Assembly (NCBI RefSeq): GCF_009914755.1
Contig: NC_060939.1
Direction: 5' to 3' (one strand)
Source of the DNA: the human T2T-CHM13v2.0 reference genome, Homo sapiens
Length of the DNA stretch: 64,000 nt
The position numbers and the translations under genes are program-made. Below the pieces are notes generated by a model. It worked only from the letters and a program-made list of their open reading frames with translations, was not told the origin of the DNA and did no database searches. Numbering within the stretch: position 1 is the first letter of the stretch; each line of letters starts with the position of its first letter. Shown here in pieces: positions 46,786 through 59,974 of this stretch.

Positions 46786-47672
46786 GAAATATGTTCTAAG
46801 AAATTAAACTTTCTTATATTTATATATTTTTAAATTTATTTTTACAGAGGGAAGAATTTTCAAATCTAGATTTTTCAGTTTCTCTTTCACTTCAAAATTT
46901 TTACCTTAAATATTTTGATTTTGTATTGCTAATTACATGAAGTTCAAGGATATTATAACATTGTTTTAGGTTTTACACTTTATCATTACAAAACATCTCT
47001 TTGCTCCAGATTTTGCTTTTGACTTTATACCATTTTGGCTCTACATTAAGTTTTGCCATTTCTATTTTCCTTTTGTTCAGTTTTTCAATTTAATTGGTTC
47101 ATCTTCTTCCATCTTTATAATTTTAATTTTTGTATGTTATTCTCTTTTAGATATGTCTCCCATTAAGATCATAAAACTGTATTTTAATTTAACCCTTTTA
47201 AAACATTTTCTGATAGTTCATTGTTAATAAGAAAGTTTAAACCATTTATATTTATTATTCCTGACCTCAAATTTTATGCTTGGTCTGTGCAATGCTTTCT
47301 TATTTTCTTTTCTCATATTTATTGGTCTTTGTGTGTGTGTTTGTGTGTTGAAGTTGAATGAGTTTTCTTAGTTCCAACTTTCTCTTCTAGCTTGAAATTA
47401 TGATTCAATATCTATTTTTGGTACTATGTTTAAATGCACAATGCACAGTTAAACACTCATATTTTTCTATAATCATTTAGTCATTGTACTTCTATTAAAC
47501 CACTGAAATAATTTTAAAATACCATCTCTTTTGTTCTCACTAACATGTTGTGAAAAATATTTTCATCAATTGTTAAAGAGAATGTGTTAACTATTGTTTA
47601 GAAATAACCATCATTACTTTTTGTGAGTATTCATCATCTGTATTCTGTGATTAATTTTTTATATTTCTGTAG

Positions 47673-48049
<377 letters not shown>

Positions 48050-48746
48050 CTATTTTCTTTTTAAAAATCTTTCACGTACATGGTAGTTTTCATATAGAAT
48101 TCATGGGTCCAACAATTTACCCTTGAAACTTCAAATATATTTGTAGTAATTGTCTAGTGATGTTGATGGAAAGCCAAGTGTAAATTGATTTCTTTTGAAG
48201 GGGCTTCTGTTTATCTTTGAAAATTGTATGCTTTTATTGTTACCCATGGAATTCCAAAGTTTTACTAGGATGTTTTTCATGTGAGCTACTTATAAATCTG
48301 TTTACTTATTATTCATTGTGCTTTTCAGTGTAAAGAGCCATGACTTTCTTCACATCAAGGACATTTTTAATGACATTAATTGATTAATATATGCTTTAGA
48401 ACTCTAACTGCATGGAAACTGAGCTTTCTAGATGAATCCTCCAATATCTAGCACAGTACCTTAATGCATTGGGTGCATTATAAAATCACATTGAATTATA
48501 AATGCCCTCAGAAAAGAACACAATGCCTAATTCCTGACGGAGTTCATTTAGGAAGAGTTCATAGATTATGTAGCATGTTGAATACACCTTGAAGACAGAG
48601 CCAGATTATGAGAGTTGGAAAAAAGTTTTAAAATGTAAAAGTAGTAGCTAGGGCTAAGGTGTGGCTTTGGGAAGTTTCAGGCAGCAGAAATAGCTGTGCT
48701 AGAATAAAGGGAACTTCCGCTGAGAGGTAGTAAAATACATGGCTAG

Positions 48747-49170
<424 letters not shown>

Positions 49171-49547
49171 GATGTACATGAATTTTAATATGACTGAGTT
49201 GTATGAGTGACTGGATTTGGACGGGAAGGGTTAAGTATAGATTAATTAGAAGGTTCTGCGGTTATCTTGATGGGAGATTACAAGGGTCAGAACCAATGTA
49301 ATGACATTAATCATGGAAAGGAAGAAATGAATGTGAGAGATGGGAGGAGAGAGAGAGAGATAATGATGTGACTTATGTCAGCACGGGTAGGCTAACAGAA
49401 AGAAAAGTCAGAATTTCAAAGAAATAAGGCAGCCAGTAAAGAGGACTTCGGGTTGAAAGATGATTTCAACTTTAGGCATATTTAGATTATGGTTTTCTTT
49501 GAACATCTGTCTGGGGAACTCCAATGGCCAGATAGAAAAAACAGGGC

Positions 49548-50006
49548 ATGTGTGTTTATTGTGGCACTGTTCACAATAGCAAAGACTTGGAACCAACCCA
49601 AATGCCCATCAATGATAGAATAGATAAAGAAAATGTGGCACATGTACACCATGGAACACTATGCAGCCATAAAAAGGATGAGTTCATGTCCTTTGCAGGG
49701 ACATGGATGAAGCTGGAAACCATCATTCTCAGCAAAGTAACACAAGAACAGAAAACCAAACACCCCTTGTTCTCACTCATAAGTGGGAGTTGAACAATGA
49801 GAATACATGGACACAGGGAGGGGAACATCACACACTGGGGCCTGTTGGGGGTTGGGGGGTTGGGGGAGGGAGAGCATTAGAAATGCCTAATGTAGATGAT
49901 GGGCTGATGGGTGCAGCAAACCACCATGGCACGTGTATACCTATGTAACAAACCTGCACGTTCTGCACATGTGTCCCAGAACTTAAAGTATAAAAAAAAA
50001 AAAAAA
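49548..50006 (+). mobile_element. 5'-truncated L1PA7/8-like 3' end with poly-A
   Basis: 3'UTR to cagaacttaaagtataaaaaaaa; G-rich tract at 49837-49870; possible degenerate TSD aaaaaacagggcat / aagcaataggccat. Confidence 0.95.
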
Positions 50007-50047
50007 GCAAAGCAAAGCAATAGGCCATTATAAATCAGAAGGTGGAA

Positions 50048-50338
50048 ATGCTTAATAGGTACAAAAAATAGTGAGAAAGAATGAATAAGACCTGGTATTT
50101 GATAGTACAACAGGGTGAGAATAGTCAATAATAATTTAATTTTATATTTTTAAACAAATAAAAGAGTATAATTAGCTTGTTTGTAACACAAAGCATAAAT
50201 ACTTGAGGGAATGGATACCCTGTTCTCCATAATGTGATTATTATGTATTACATTCCTATATCAAAACATCTCATATACCCCACACATATATACACCTATT
50301 ATGTACCCACAAATATTAAAAATAAAAAATTTTTAAAA
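50048..50338 (+). mobile_element. L1MA-type 3' end
   Basis: ggtacaaaaaatagtgagaaagaatgaataagacctggtatttgatagtacaacagggtga...tatgtacccacaaatattaaaaataaaaaa. Confidence 0.88.
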
Positions 50339-50559
50339 AGAAATAAGGAAGAACAACTCTTAATAGCATGTGATATACAGATGCTTTATAAAATATAGTT
50401 TTGTTTTTGTTTGCTCGGGGGTTTAAAATATATTTGTGAGGTCAAGGTGACACCTTATAGGCAACAGTAATGTAGAGAATATAATTTAGAGCTGACTTGG
50501 CATGACACATTTCCAGTGTTGTGAGCATTTAGGAAAAAAGGAGATTAAGGACTTGTTGG

Positions 50560-50853
50560 GGCTGGTCATGGTGGTCCATGCCTGAAATCCCAGCACTTTG
50601 GGAGGCCGAGGTGGGTGGATCACAAAGTCAGGAGATCAAGACCATCCTAGCCAACAGGGTGAAACCCTGTCTCTACTAAAAATACAAAAATTAGCTTGGC
50701 ATGGTGGTGCACACCTATAGTCCCAGCTACTCGGGAGGCTGAGGCAGGGCAATTGCTTGAACCCAGGAGGCGGAGGTTTCAGTGAGCCAAGATCTCACTG
50801 CTACACTCCAGCCTGGGTGACAGAGTGAGACTCTGTTAAAAAAAAAAAAAAAA
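50560..50853 (+). mobile_element. AluSc-like
   Basis: gatcacaaagtcaggagatcaagaccatcctagccaac; TSD aaggacttgtt (50547-50557 / 50854-50864). Confidence 0.95.
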
Positions 50854-51426
50854 AAGGACTTGTTAAAGAGAATTTAAATTGGCCTTTGATGGGTGGAAGG
50901 GTTTAGCTGGGTGCAAGCACAGGGAAGTTTGACATTGATGCCATCTTTTAGAATTAAGAGGTACCCATATGTTATGGTCATTATGAGTAAATGTCTTGAT
51001 AACCAATTAGGCCTGACGAAGGCAAGGAATTCCCATGTATTTCTGGGTTTCTGTACTCTGCATGGCAGTTTGCTGCTGCATATCTGTCATCCACACTAAA
51101 TCTGAAGTAGATCTGTGTCTGTTTAGAACTGTAGCTGGCACAGGGTAGTGAATTTAATAACAGATGCAAAATGTAGGACTGACAGGATGTATGCCCCTGT
51201 AAACAGGATGGGGCTTAATCCCTTGGAAAGTAATGTAATGCAATTCAATGCAAGATTTCACAGGGACTTTAGGTGATTTTGTTTCCCAGGAAAACCTAAC
51301 AGAATTATGCAGCTGTACATCCTTGGGATGGGCACCAATAGACCAAAAAAAAAAAAGTATTATTTTTCAAAGAGCAGACTAAATCTCACCTCATTTCCCC
51401 CACGATATTTGCTCTCTGCTTTCTAG

Positions 51427-51582
51427 GAAGAAGAAGCAAAGCACACCATTGATGTGTGTGGGTTTGATGTAGCATCTTCTAAGAGGTCTACAAAGAGACA
51501 TTGCAAAGCCAGGCCTCTAAATGATTCCTCTGTGAAACATTGGGCCAAACATTCCGTAACCCCTTCCTGCTCTGGTGATCAT
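51427..51582 (+). other. Candidate internal exon (156 nt, open in phase 0)
   Basis: Acceptor tttgctctctgctttctAG|G, donor CAT|GTAAGT, length divisible by 3, stop-free frame EEEAKHTIDV...SCSGDH; no homology recognised. Confidence 0.45.
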
Positions 51583-51809
51583 GTAAGTAGATATTCTGGA
51601 AGCACTTGCTCTACAGATGGAGAATTGTCACCATCTGCCAGGACAGCTCCTGCTCATCTCTCATGACTCAGCTCACATGTCATAACTTCAAGGGGCCTTC
51701 AGCTCTCTGGCCCTTCCTGCCCCATGAAGGCTCTACCCAGTGCCCCCAACTTTGCTCCTTCGGCTGCATTTGAAGCATTTACCTGTGCTTGTTAATTGTT
51801 GGTGGAATT

Positions 51810-51945
51810 GTCTGTAGACTGTGACCTTGAGTGTGCAGAGTCTTGTAGAGTCATCTCTGGATTCCCCACTCTGAGAACCACGCTTGGCCATTGCAGGCTC
51901 TCAACAAAGGCTTGCTGAGGGGATGAATGAATGAATGTATGGATG
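51810..51945 (+). mobile_element. L2 3' end
   Basis: gtagactgtgacctt...catctctggattcccc...gcttggccattgcaggctctcaacaaaggcttgctga...tgaatgaatgaatg tail. Confidence 0.75.
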
Positions 51946-52284
51946 GCATGAATGTATGGGCTCTGGTGAATTTTTTGCCCACATTTTGCTGGCCAGCGGC
52001 TGCATTGGGTCTGCACACTGAACCCTTTGGCTCAAGGTATCAGAGCTGCTCTCCTTCCAGTGAAGACTTGGATGGAAGACTTGAGATGCAGGTTATGGGG
52101 ATACGTGTCACCTCTATTCCTCATTCAGAAGGATACATACCTCACTGGACCATAAAAAATGAGAACTGAATTATCTGAGTGTTTGAATAAACTTCCACCT
52201 TGTTACTCCACTACAGTCTGAGAAAACTTCACTGCACAAATAGAGGCAGTGTACACCCCTCACAGACACTTTCCTTTCTCCTGT

Positions 52285-52808
52285 TGAGAGGTGAAGCCAG
52301 CTGGACTTCTGGGTCGGGTGAGGACTTGAAGAACTTTTTTGTCTTACAAGAGGTTTGTAAAATGCACCAATCAGTGCTCTGTAAAAACGCACCAATCAGC
52401 GCCCTGTGGCTAGCTAGCGGTTTGTAAAATGCACCCATCAGTGCCCTGTAAAAACGCAGCAATCAGCACTCTGTGGCTAGCTAGAGGTTTGTAAAATGGA
52501 CCAATCAGCACTCTGTAAAACAGACCAATCAGCACTCTGTAAAATGGACCAATCAGCAGGACATGGGTGGGGACAAATAAGGGAATAAAAGCTGGCCACC
52601 CCAGCCAGCAGCAGCAACAACACGGTCGCATCCCTTTCCACGGTTTGGAAGCTTTGTTCTTTTGCTCTTTCCAATAAATCTTGCTACCCTTCACTCTTTG
52701 GGTCTGTGCCACCTTTGAGAGTTGTAACACTCACTGCGAAGGTCTGCGGCTCCATTCTTGAAGTCAGTGAGACCTTGAACCCACCGGAAGGAACAAACTC
52801 CAGACACA
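52285..52808 (+). mobile_element. LTR12F-like solo LTR (ERV9/HERV9)
   Basis: TGAGAGGTGAAGCCAGCTGGACTTCTGGGTCGGGTG start; tandem gcaccaatcagcactctgtaaaa repeats; end aactccagacaCA; near-TSD ctgt / gtgt. Confidence 0.93.
52367..52678 (+). promoter_or_regulatory. LTR12 U3/R promoter module: CCAAT (NF-Y) array, TATA-like AATAAAA, polyA signal
   Basis: CCAAT at 52367, 52392, 52501, 52525 and 52549 (plus two variant units); AATAAAA 52584-52590; AATAAA 52673-52678. Activity at this locus is untested. Confidence 0.6.
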
Positions 52809-53781
52809 GTGTGCGTGAAAAAAATACCATGTGAAACCATAAGATACCATTGGCTCCCTTCTCTAAAGAGACTGAACCCTGCCTTCAATATCAAAGGTTT
52901 GGTCCACTGGCAATATCTTTAAATGCAAATTACCCCATTGCTGCTGTTATTTGCTGCTCTTGAGTAATTCCAGTTTTGCTTTCCTGGGAATGAAGTTTAG
53001 TATGAGAAATGTGGATGCCCATGAACATTTCTGCTATATCCTTGAGAAAAATGATGGAACAAATTGTTCTCTGTGGGGTTCCATTCAGGAACCTGGAGGC
53101 ATGGCGTTGGTAGTATTATTATCATTAGCAGCGTGGCAACTTAGTCTGTTTTCATACTGGCAGCAAAAAAGTAATATTTATCTACTTGGCCATCCGGAGA
53201 AGTGTTATGGATTTGCAATTTTGCACTTTAGTGGGGTCATAGAACAGGTACAGAAATGGAAGCTGTTGAAAATTTTCATGCAAGAGGAGAAACACACAAG
53301 ATCTGTGAATAGATTGAAGCTTTGGTCAAGAAATGGAGGTTGTATGTTTGATTTGAAGGTCTTGAGTTCTCCTCAGGCTAATTGTGGACAGTCTTTTCTT
53401 GACGAGCACGAATCTCTCAGCCAGCTGGATTTTATATTATAGAATTAGCCTTTCAAAAAGGACGCTGCATTGTTAGCTTAGTTACTATATAGTAGTGCAA
53501 TGAGATGATGTATGAGGATGTATTTTGAAAACTGCCAAGTGCTGTGCGTGGGACGGATGACAGTGGCGGTGATGATCATGATGATCATGATGATTTATCA
53601 GCAGACATTCTAACCCAGATATATGTTTCCCCAATCAGTCCTGTGGGGAAATGAAGGTCTATAGCCTGACACATCACAGCAAATCAGTCCGCTGAGTCCC
53701 AGCAAAGGAGACACAGGTGTGGAATTCCACGTGTAGCTGGGGTTCAGAAGCTCCAGGGGATTGAATGCTAAGAGCTTCGTA

Positions 53782-53827
53782 TCTCTGTAAGAAGTTCTCT
53801 GTAAGAAGTCATCTCTGCAAGAAGTCA
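53782..53827 (+). repeat. Short tandem repeat, 14-16-bp unit x3
   Basis: tctctgtaagaagt / tctctgtaagaagtca / tctctgcaagaagtca. Confidence 0.9.
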
Positions 53828-53904
53828 CTCTTGCATTGAAGCCGCTGAGCTAAAGGAAAAGCTTGATTTGCTATTCAGAGAATCTCACATGTCACTTTGA
53901 TTGT

Positions 53905-54325
53905 GCAGACACTCCTCCCAGCTTTTATACACCATACCCACATGCAGTCCCTAAACACATATCCTCACATTATACATGTACCCCATGTGCACACATAGAC
54001 AGCTCCATGCACACACCTCCCATCTGATGTGCATACACCTGCATCTACCACCCTGATAAATATACCCCCTCTGTATTTTACACACAGAGCCCGTATACCC
54101 CCATACATGTTCTCTCTCTCATCTCTCTCCATGGCCACGGCCTCCACCCCTTATTCATGTACCCCTTACATCCTTCATAAATACACATCTTGCACATCTG
54201 TACACACCCCCACATACCCCACTCTTATGTGCTATTACATGTTCTCCCTCATCCCACATGCATACCACTACATGCAGACCCATAGGATGTACTCAGACAC
54301 TCATATACATAGTCATGCCTGCATG
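53905..54325. repeat. CA/CAT-rich low-complexity tract
   Basis: Degenerate acac/catac/catgc repeats, G-poor on the + strand. Confidence 0.7.
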
Positions 54326-54577
54326 CAGGTGGTCACAGTGTTGTCTGGGGTAGAGAGAGGTACAGTTCTAGAGGGACAAGTTAATCTGTGCATATTTATT
54401 ACACTTAATCTGTCATTCTCTTCCCCTTTTTCTGCCCTTCCCTCCTGGCTCCCTCCCTGACAATTGTTTGTAGAGCAACTCTTTTCAGTTTTCATAAACA
54501 TCCTTTGCTTTGCCTAAAATGTAAGTATATGGCCTGAATTACTATCTATTAACCTTTTCAAAAAATTAATGAATTAA

Positions 54578-55212
54578 TTTTTGTTTTATTTTTATAGATT
54601 TAGAGAGTACAAGTAGTTTTGCTACATGGATATATTGTATTTTGGTGAAATCTGGGCTTTTAGTGTAACCATCACCTGAATAGTATATATGGTACCCATC
54701 AATTTCTCATCTACCACCCCCCTGACACCCTCCCACCTTTCTGAGTCTCCAGTGCCTATCTTTCTACTTTCTAGGTCCATGTGTACACATTATTTAGCTC
54801 CCACTTCTAAGTGAGAACATGTGGTATCTGACTTTCTGTTTCTGAGTTATTTCACTGAAGAAAAGGACCTCCGGTTCCATCAATGTTGCTGTAAAAGATA
54901 CAATTTCATTATTTTTTATGGCTGAGTAGTATTCCAGAGTATATAGGTAGGTAGGTAGGTAGATAGATAGATATCACATTTTCTTTATTCAATAATCTGT
55001 TGATGAACACTTAGGTTGATTCCAAATCTTTGCTATTGTGAATAGTGCTGTGATAAACATACAAGTACAGGTATCTTTATTATATAGTGATTTCTTTTCC
55101 TTTGGGTAGATACCCAGTAGTGGGATTGCTGGATCAAATGGTAGATCTATTTTTAGTTATTTGAGAAATTGTCATACTGTTTTCCACAGAGGTTGTACTA
55201 ATTTACATTCCT
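54578..55212 (-). mobile_element. L1PB4-like 3' end with a (TAGG)n(TAGA)n microsatellite at ~54944-54972
   Basis: ggcttttagtgtaaccatcacctgaatagt...catgtgtacacattatttagctcccacttctaagtgagaacatg...gggattgctggatcaaatggtagatctatttttag. Confidence 0.9.
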
Positions 55213-58007
55213 ATTTTTCGATGAACTCAGATGAAGAAAGTTTCTTAACAAGAATTCATTTGGGGATATGTTTGTATTTATTCAGGCTCCCATGACCAGA
55301 TCATTGAACCATTCTAGAGACTTCAAATCCATTGAGATGGGATTAATGCCTTTGCCTACTCAGGCAGAGGACAGACTGACCATTGCAAGTGTTCATCAGC
55401 ATTTTCCTGCTCTTAGACGGAAAGGCCAAGGCCACCCCAAGCATGCTGAAATTAATGGGCCATCGTCAGGAAGGAGTTCACAACTGTATATGGAGCCAGG
55501 TAACCGCTTTTCATTTTCCGTTAGCTGAAAAAACTACTAGTTCAAAGACATTGATGTAAGTGGCACAAGGGGCATACATTCTGCAATTTGTCTTTAGCAG
55601 CCCAGCAAGATGAGATTTTAGAAACTTTGTGGCATCTTCTCTGTCATCTAGAAGAGTTCTTTGATTTTTGCACAGCTGTCAAATGTTTAGTTGCTTGCCT
55701 TCTTATGCTAACCACATCTGGAGCTCTCTGAGACTACCAAAGGGCCTCCTGCTTCTTTGGTTTCTCCAGTCAAGAGCTTAACCCTGAATTGATTATTGTG
55801 GATGCCTGTGGAACCATTGCAAATTTCATATGATGAAGGTGAACTTATACCTCTAGAAGACAGAAAAGCCTTGGAAATAAAGCCATTGACCTCAAACAGG
55901 AAATTCTGATGTATTTTCCCAGAAGGTTTAACAAGGAGGAGCACTTTCTCAGAATCACTGCCTCACTAGTTCATGCCCACAGTTAGACTCATTGTGGACT
56001 GACCCAGCATTGCCAGACACATAAGGATACCAGAGGTGGAGGGAGAGGAGAAAATGTGACCTATTTACAAGTGGGGCTCAGAAAGGCAAATGGAGACGCT
56101 TCAAATGCATAGCCTTTTGCTTCCTGTTTTTTGTTTTTGTCTAATTTTGTACTCTATTCCAGTTTTCCATTGAGCTAGAGAGGCTAATGCATATGATCTA
56201 AAAGTGGAGCATATCTAGAAACTCATGCCACTTCAATTGCAGTGGAATGAAAGCTGCATGCAAGGACCTAGGACTGAGATCCACCAATAATATTGCATCA
56301 CTGGAGTACTTGTAAGAATCAAATCACATTAGGGAGGTTAGAAGGATGAGAACACTCATTGCAGACTGTGAGGAGATAGACAACTGTTCATTATTCTTCA
56401 TCTGCCAATAGGCTTCCTTAAAATATGAAGGCTTTTTTCTGCAAATTTTATAAACTTTATGGATCTGCAATTAATCCAAGGCTTCTTTGAAGATGGGGGA
56501 AATAAATTTGTCTTTACAACATCTCCAAGAAGAGACCAACCGTCCAGTAGATGATTAGAAAATCAGAAATTAATTGGTTGAACATTTTTATTCTCCTTGG
56601 GCATTTGAGCCCAGAAAAGGGAGGCAAAGAGACCCTCAGAGTGAGCAAAATGAGAAATGAGAGGGAAGGGAGAGACAGAGGAGAGGTCTGAGAAAAGGAC
56701 AAGGGTTGTGAGCCAGAAGCTTCCTCTGTGCTAAGTCATTTAATTCTTGCTGTCACCTTGTGAGGAGTGTCACTCAGCTGTCCTCAAGTCCTGTACACTT
56801 TAATATCCCAAAGTGGGCTTGGCAGCTCATCTGCGCAGAGATTCCAGCATTCTCTTTAATACCACCACGGATCTGGGGTGTTTGTTTTGGTGGTGATAGT
56901 GATGGGTTATTCTGTCAACCACGCAAAGTAGAAGTGCCTGCAGTTAGGTTTTTGTATTAAGTAGCAAGGGTTTTTTGGGGGGATTTGGTTTTTCTGCAGT
57001 TGTATATGAATAGTCCATTTTACAAAAAAGAGGCTCAATAAATCTAAATAACCTTCTCAGTTAATTATGATACTAATTACGAACACAGACCTAAAATACA
57101 GAACTGGAATTGAAACTCAGGGCTGTGGGCCTCAAGTCCTCTTATGTTCTGATTTGCCGCATGGTCTGTAGGAAGAGACCAGCTTTGGGCCAATTGATAC
57201 CCTGGGACAGTGCTCCCTAAGCTTCACGAGCAAAAGATTGTTGCTTGTGCAATCCTGCCCTCAGCAAGTGGACATTTGGGATACATTAGGGATGGATTTC
57301 AATGGCTTCCTGCTTCCTAGAGGAGAAATGATGAGCAGAAGCCTTAGCTCCATGCAAAATATCAGCTCCTTCTGACATTGCTGGTTCCCTGTCTCCCTAC
57401 TCTGGGTTTGCAATAGATAAGGAAAGGGCGATGGTACTCAGAGGAACTTCCAATCGGCAACATGCCTTAAATCTTAGTGGCCTTGTGGCATTCATGACCA
57501 AACATCGTCACAGGGAAACACTCATTTCAATAACTGTAAAGAAGTGTGCCTGAGGAATACTGAGCTCAAAACACATTTGAAAAAGGAATTTGAGAAGGGA
57601 AAGCAATGAAAGGAAGACAGTTTTTTAATTTTTATTTGTTTTAGTATTTTCAAGACTCTGATATTTAGTACTAATAGTAAATAATTAAAAAAAAGTTTAA
57701 AGTTCTTGAGGGCACAGAACAAAAGCTTTTGAGCTGGGATTAAATTCTAGCTGCTTTTATTAAAAGTTTTTGTAGGAATCCACAGGGACGCTATTGAGAC
57801 CATGTCTCATCATTCACTGATTAGTAGATTTCTTGAGCTGTGAAAATGATTTCTTCTCATTGATCTGATACACAGGGATGGAACGCTCAAAAGAACAGGG
57901 CACGTGAGTGACACTGCAAAGCACCTTGGAACTCACACCTAATATACTCTTTGATGAACAAGACTATAATAAGATTGAGACAGATGCGTTTTTAAGACCC
58001 AAACGTA

Positions 58008-58295
58008 GGCTGGGGGTGGTAGCTCATGCCGATAATCCCAGTACTTTGGAAGGCCACAGCGGGCAGATTGCTTGAGCCCAGGAGTTCAAGACCAGCCTGG
58101 GCAACTGGTGAGACCTTGTCTTTACAGAAATATAAACATTAGCTCAGCGTAGTGGCACATGAATGTAGTCTATAGTCTTAGCTAATGGGGAGGTCGAGGT
58201 GGAATGATCACTTGAGTCCAGAAGGTGGAGGCTGCAGTGAGCTGTGATTGTAATACCGCACTCCAGCCTGTCTAAAAAAAGAAAAAAGAAAAAAA
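58008..58295 (+). mobile_element. AluJ (Jo-like)
   Basis: gattgcttgagcccaggagttcaag and gatcacttgagtccagaaggtggaggctgcagtgagctgtgattg; degenerate TSD aagacccaaacgta / aagatcctaacata. Confidence 0.93.
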
Positions 58296-58391
58296 AAGAT
58301 CCTAACATAATGAGTAGTTTTTTTGTTTTATTTTTATATAGAGCATTTTAATTGATTTTTATCCTCCTATAACCTTAATACTCTTACCTAT

Positions 58392-58755
58392 TGATATGGT
58401 TCGGCTGTGTCCCCACCCAAATTTCATCTTGAATTGTAGCTCCCATAATTCCCACATGTCGTGGGAGGGACCCAGTGGGAGGTAATTGAATCATGGGGGC
58501 AGGTTTTTCCTGTGCTATTCTTGTGATAGAGAATAAGTCTCATGAGATCCACTGGCTTTATAAAGGGCAGTTCCCATGGACACGCTCTCTTGCCTGCCAC
58601 CATGTAAGACATGCCTTCGCTCTTCCTTCTCCTTCTACCATGACTGTGAGGGCTCCCCAGCCACATGGAACTGTGAGTCCATTAAACCTCTTTCCTTTAT
58701 AAATTACCCATTCTTGGGTATGCCTTTATTAATAGCATGAGAATAGATTAATACA
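58392..58755 (+). mobile_element. THE1B-like solo LTR (MaLR)
   Basis: TGATATGGTTCGGCTGTGTCCCCACCCAAAT...ccattaaacctctttcctttataaattaccc...taataCA; 5-bp TSD cctat / cttat. Confidence 0.95.
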
Positions 58756-58850
58756 CTTATTTTGTAATATTTTTAATTCTCTAGGAATGCAAAGAATTTA
58801 AACTTTGGTGATCAATACATAGTTGTAAATATTATGGAAAAGGAAAAAGG

Positions 58851-59151
<301 letters not shown>

Positions 59152-59164
59152 TAGGAAAAGGGTA

Positions 59165-59390
59165 GGGTTGTGGAATCAAACAGCCAAGGATATGGACATT
59201 ACAAACATGGAATTGCAATCACACAATTGTTCTGTTTAATTTCTTAACTAACTTGAACTTTTGTTTTCTCAATTGTGAGATCAGGATGACAACACCTCTC
59301 TAGTAGGATTGTTTTGAGGATTCAAATTGAGAGCTTATATAAAAAGAGTCTTGAATGCTGCCTAGCATGTAGTAAGTATTAAAATGGTCA
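59165..59390 (+). mobile_element. MIR
   Basis: tgtggaatcaaacagcc...taggattgttttgaggattcaaattgaga...aatgctgcctagcatgtagtaagta. Confidence 0.7.
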
Positions 59391-59702
59391 TTTTCTTCCC
59401 CCTTTCCTACACTGAAGTGCTTATAATTACGATCACTGCCAATCTGTTTTTCAACATAGCATTTGGAGAACATCAGAGGCAACCAGATGAGTATTTAATG
59501 AAATTAACTGATCATCTCATTTATTTATTCAATTAATATTTAATTTTAGATATGATAAATGGAATGAGCTAGCATAAAACATATTTACTTGCTAGGGTAA
59601 TTTCTTCCTGGAACTTAAGTGCCTTTGACTTTCAGTCAAAGAACTCTCTTTTGAGAGTCAACTAAATCAAACTTATGGAGGAAAAAACTATCAACATAAG
59701 AT

Positions 59703-59835
59703 TCTGTTACTTGGGGGGTTGATGTGGGAGGATGCCTTGAGTCTAGGAGGCTGAAGCTGCATTGAACTGTGATCTTACCACTGCACCCCAGCCTGGCCAA
59801 CAAAGTGAGACCCTGTCTCAAAAAAAAAAAAAAAA
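59703..59835 (+). mobile_element. AluJ/FRAM right-arm fragment
   Basis: gtgggaggatgccttgagtctaggaggctgaagctgcattgaactgtgatc...gagaccctgtctc plus A tail. Confidence 0.88.
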
Positions 59836-59937
59836 GATTCTGTTGTCAGTTGGCTGATATATTTTATTTCTACCTCCAGTGAACATATATTTATAAACAT
59901 AAATTGAACACATATTGCCTATCTCATATATACATGT

Positions 59938-59939
<2 letters not shown>

Positions 59940-59974
<35 letters not shown>
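59940..59974. repeat. (TA)n(CA)n microsatellite
   Basis: Direct inspection. Confidence 0.95.

Noticed and set aside
49837-49870. G-quadruplex-capable G-run cluster
   Set aside because: This is the ordinary polypurine tract of the L1PA 3'UTR, already explained by the repeat.
52951-53442. 163-aa ORF just downstream of LTR12F
   Set aside because: Begins at a non-ATG codon, has no recognisable domain, and has no support beyond its length.
54029-54460. 143-aa His/Thr/Tyr-rich ORF
   Set aside because: Translation of a CA-rich low-complexity tract.
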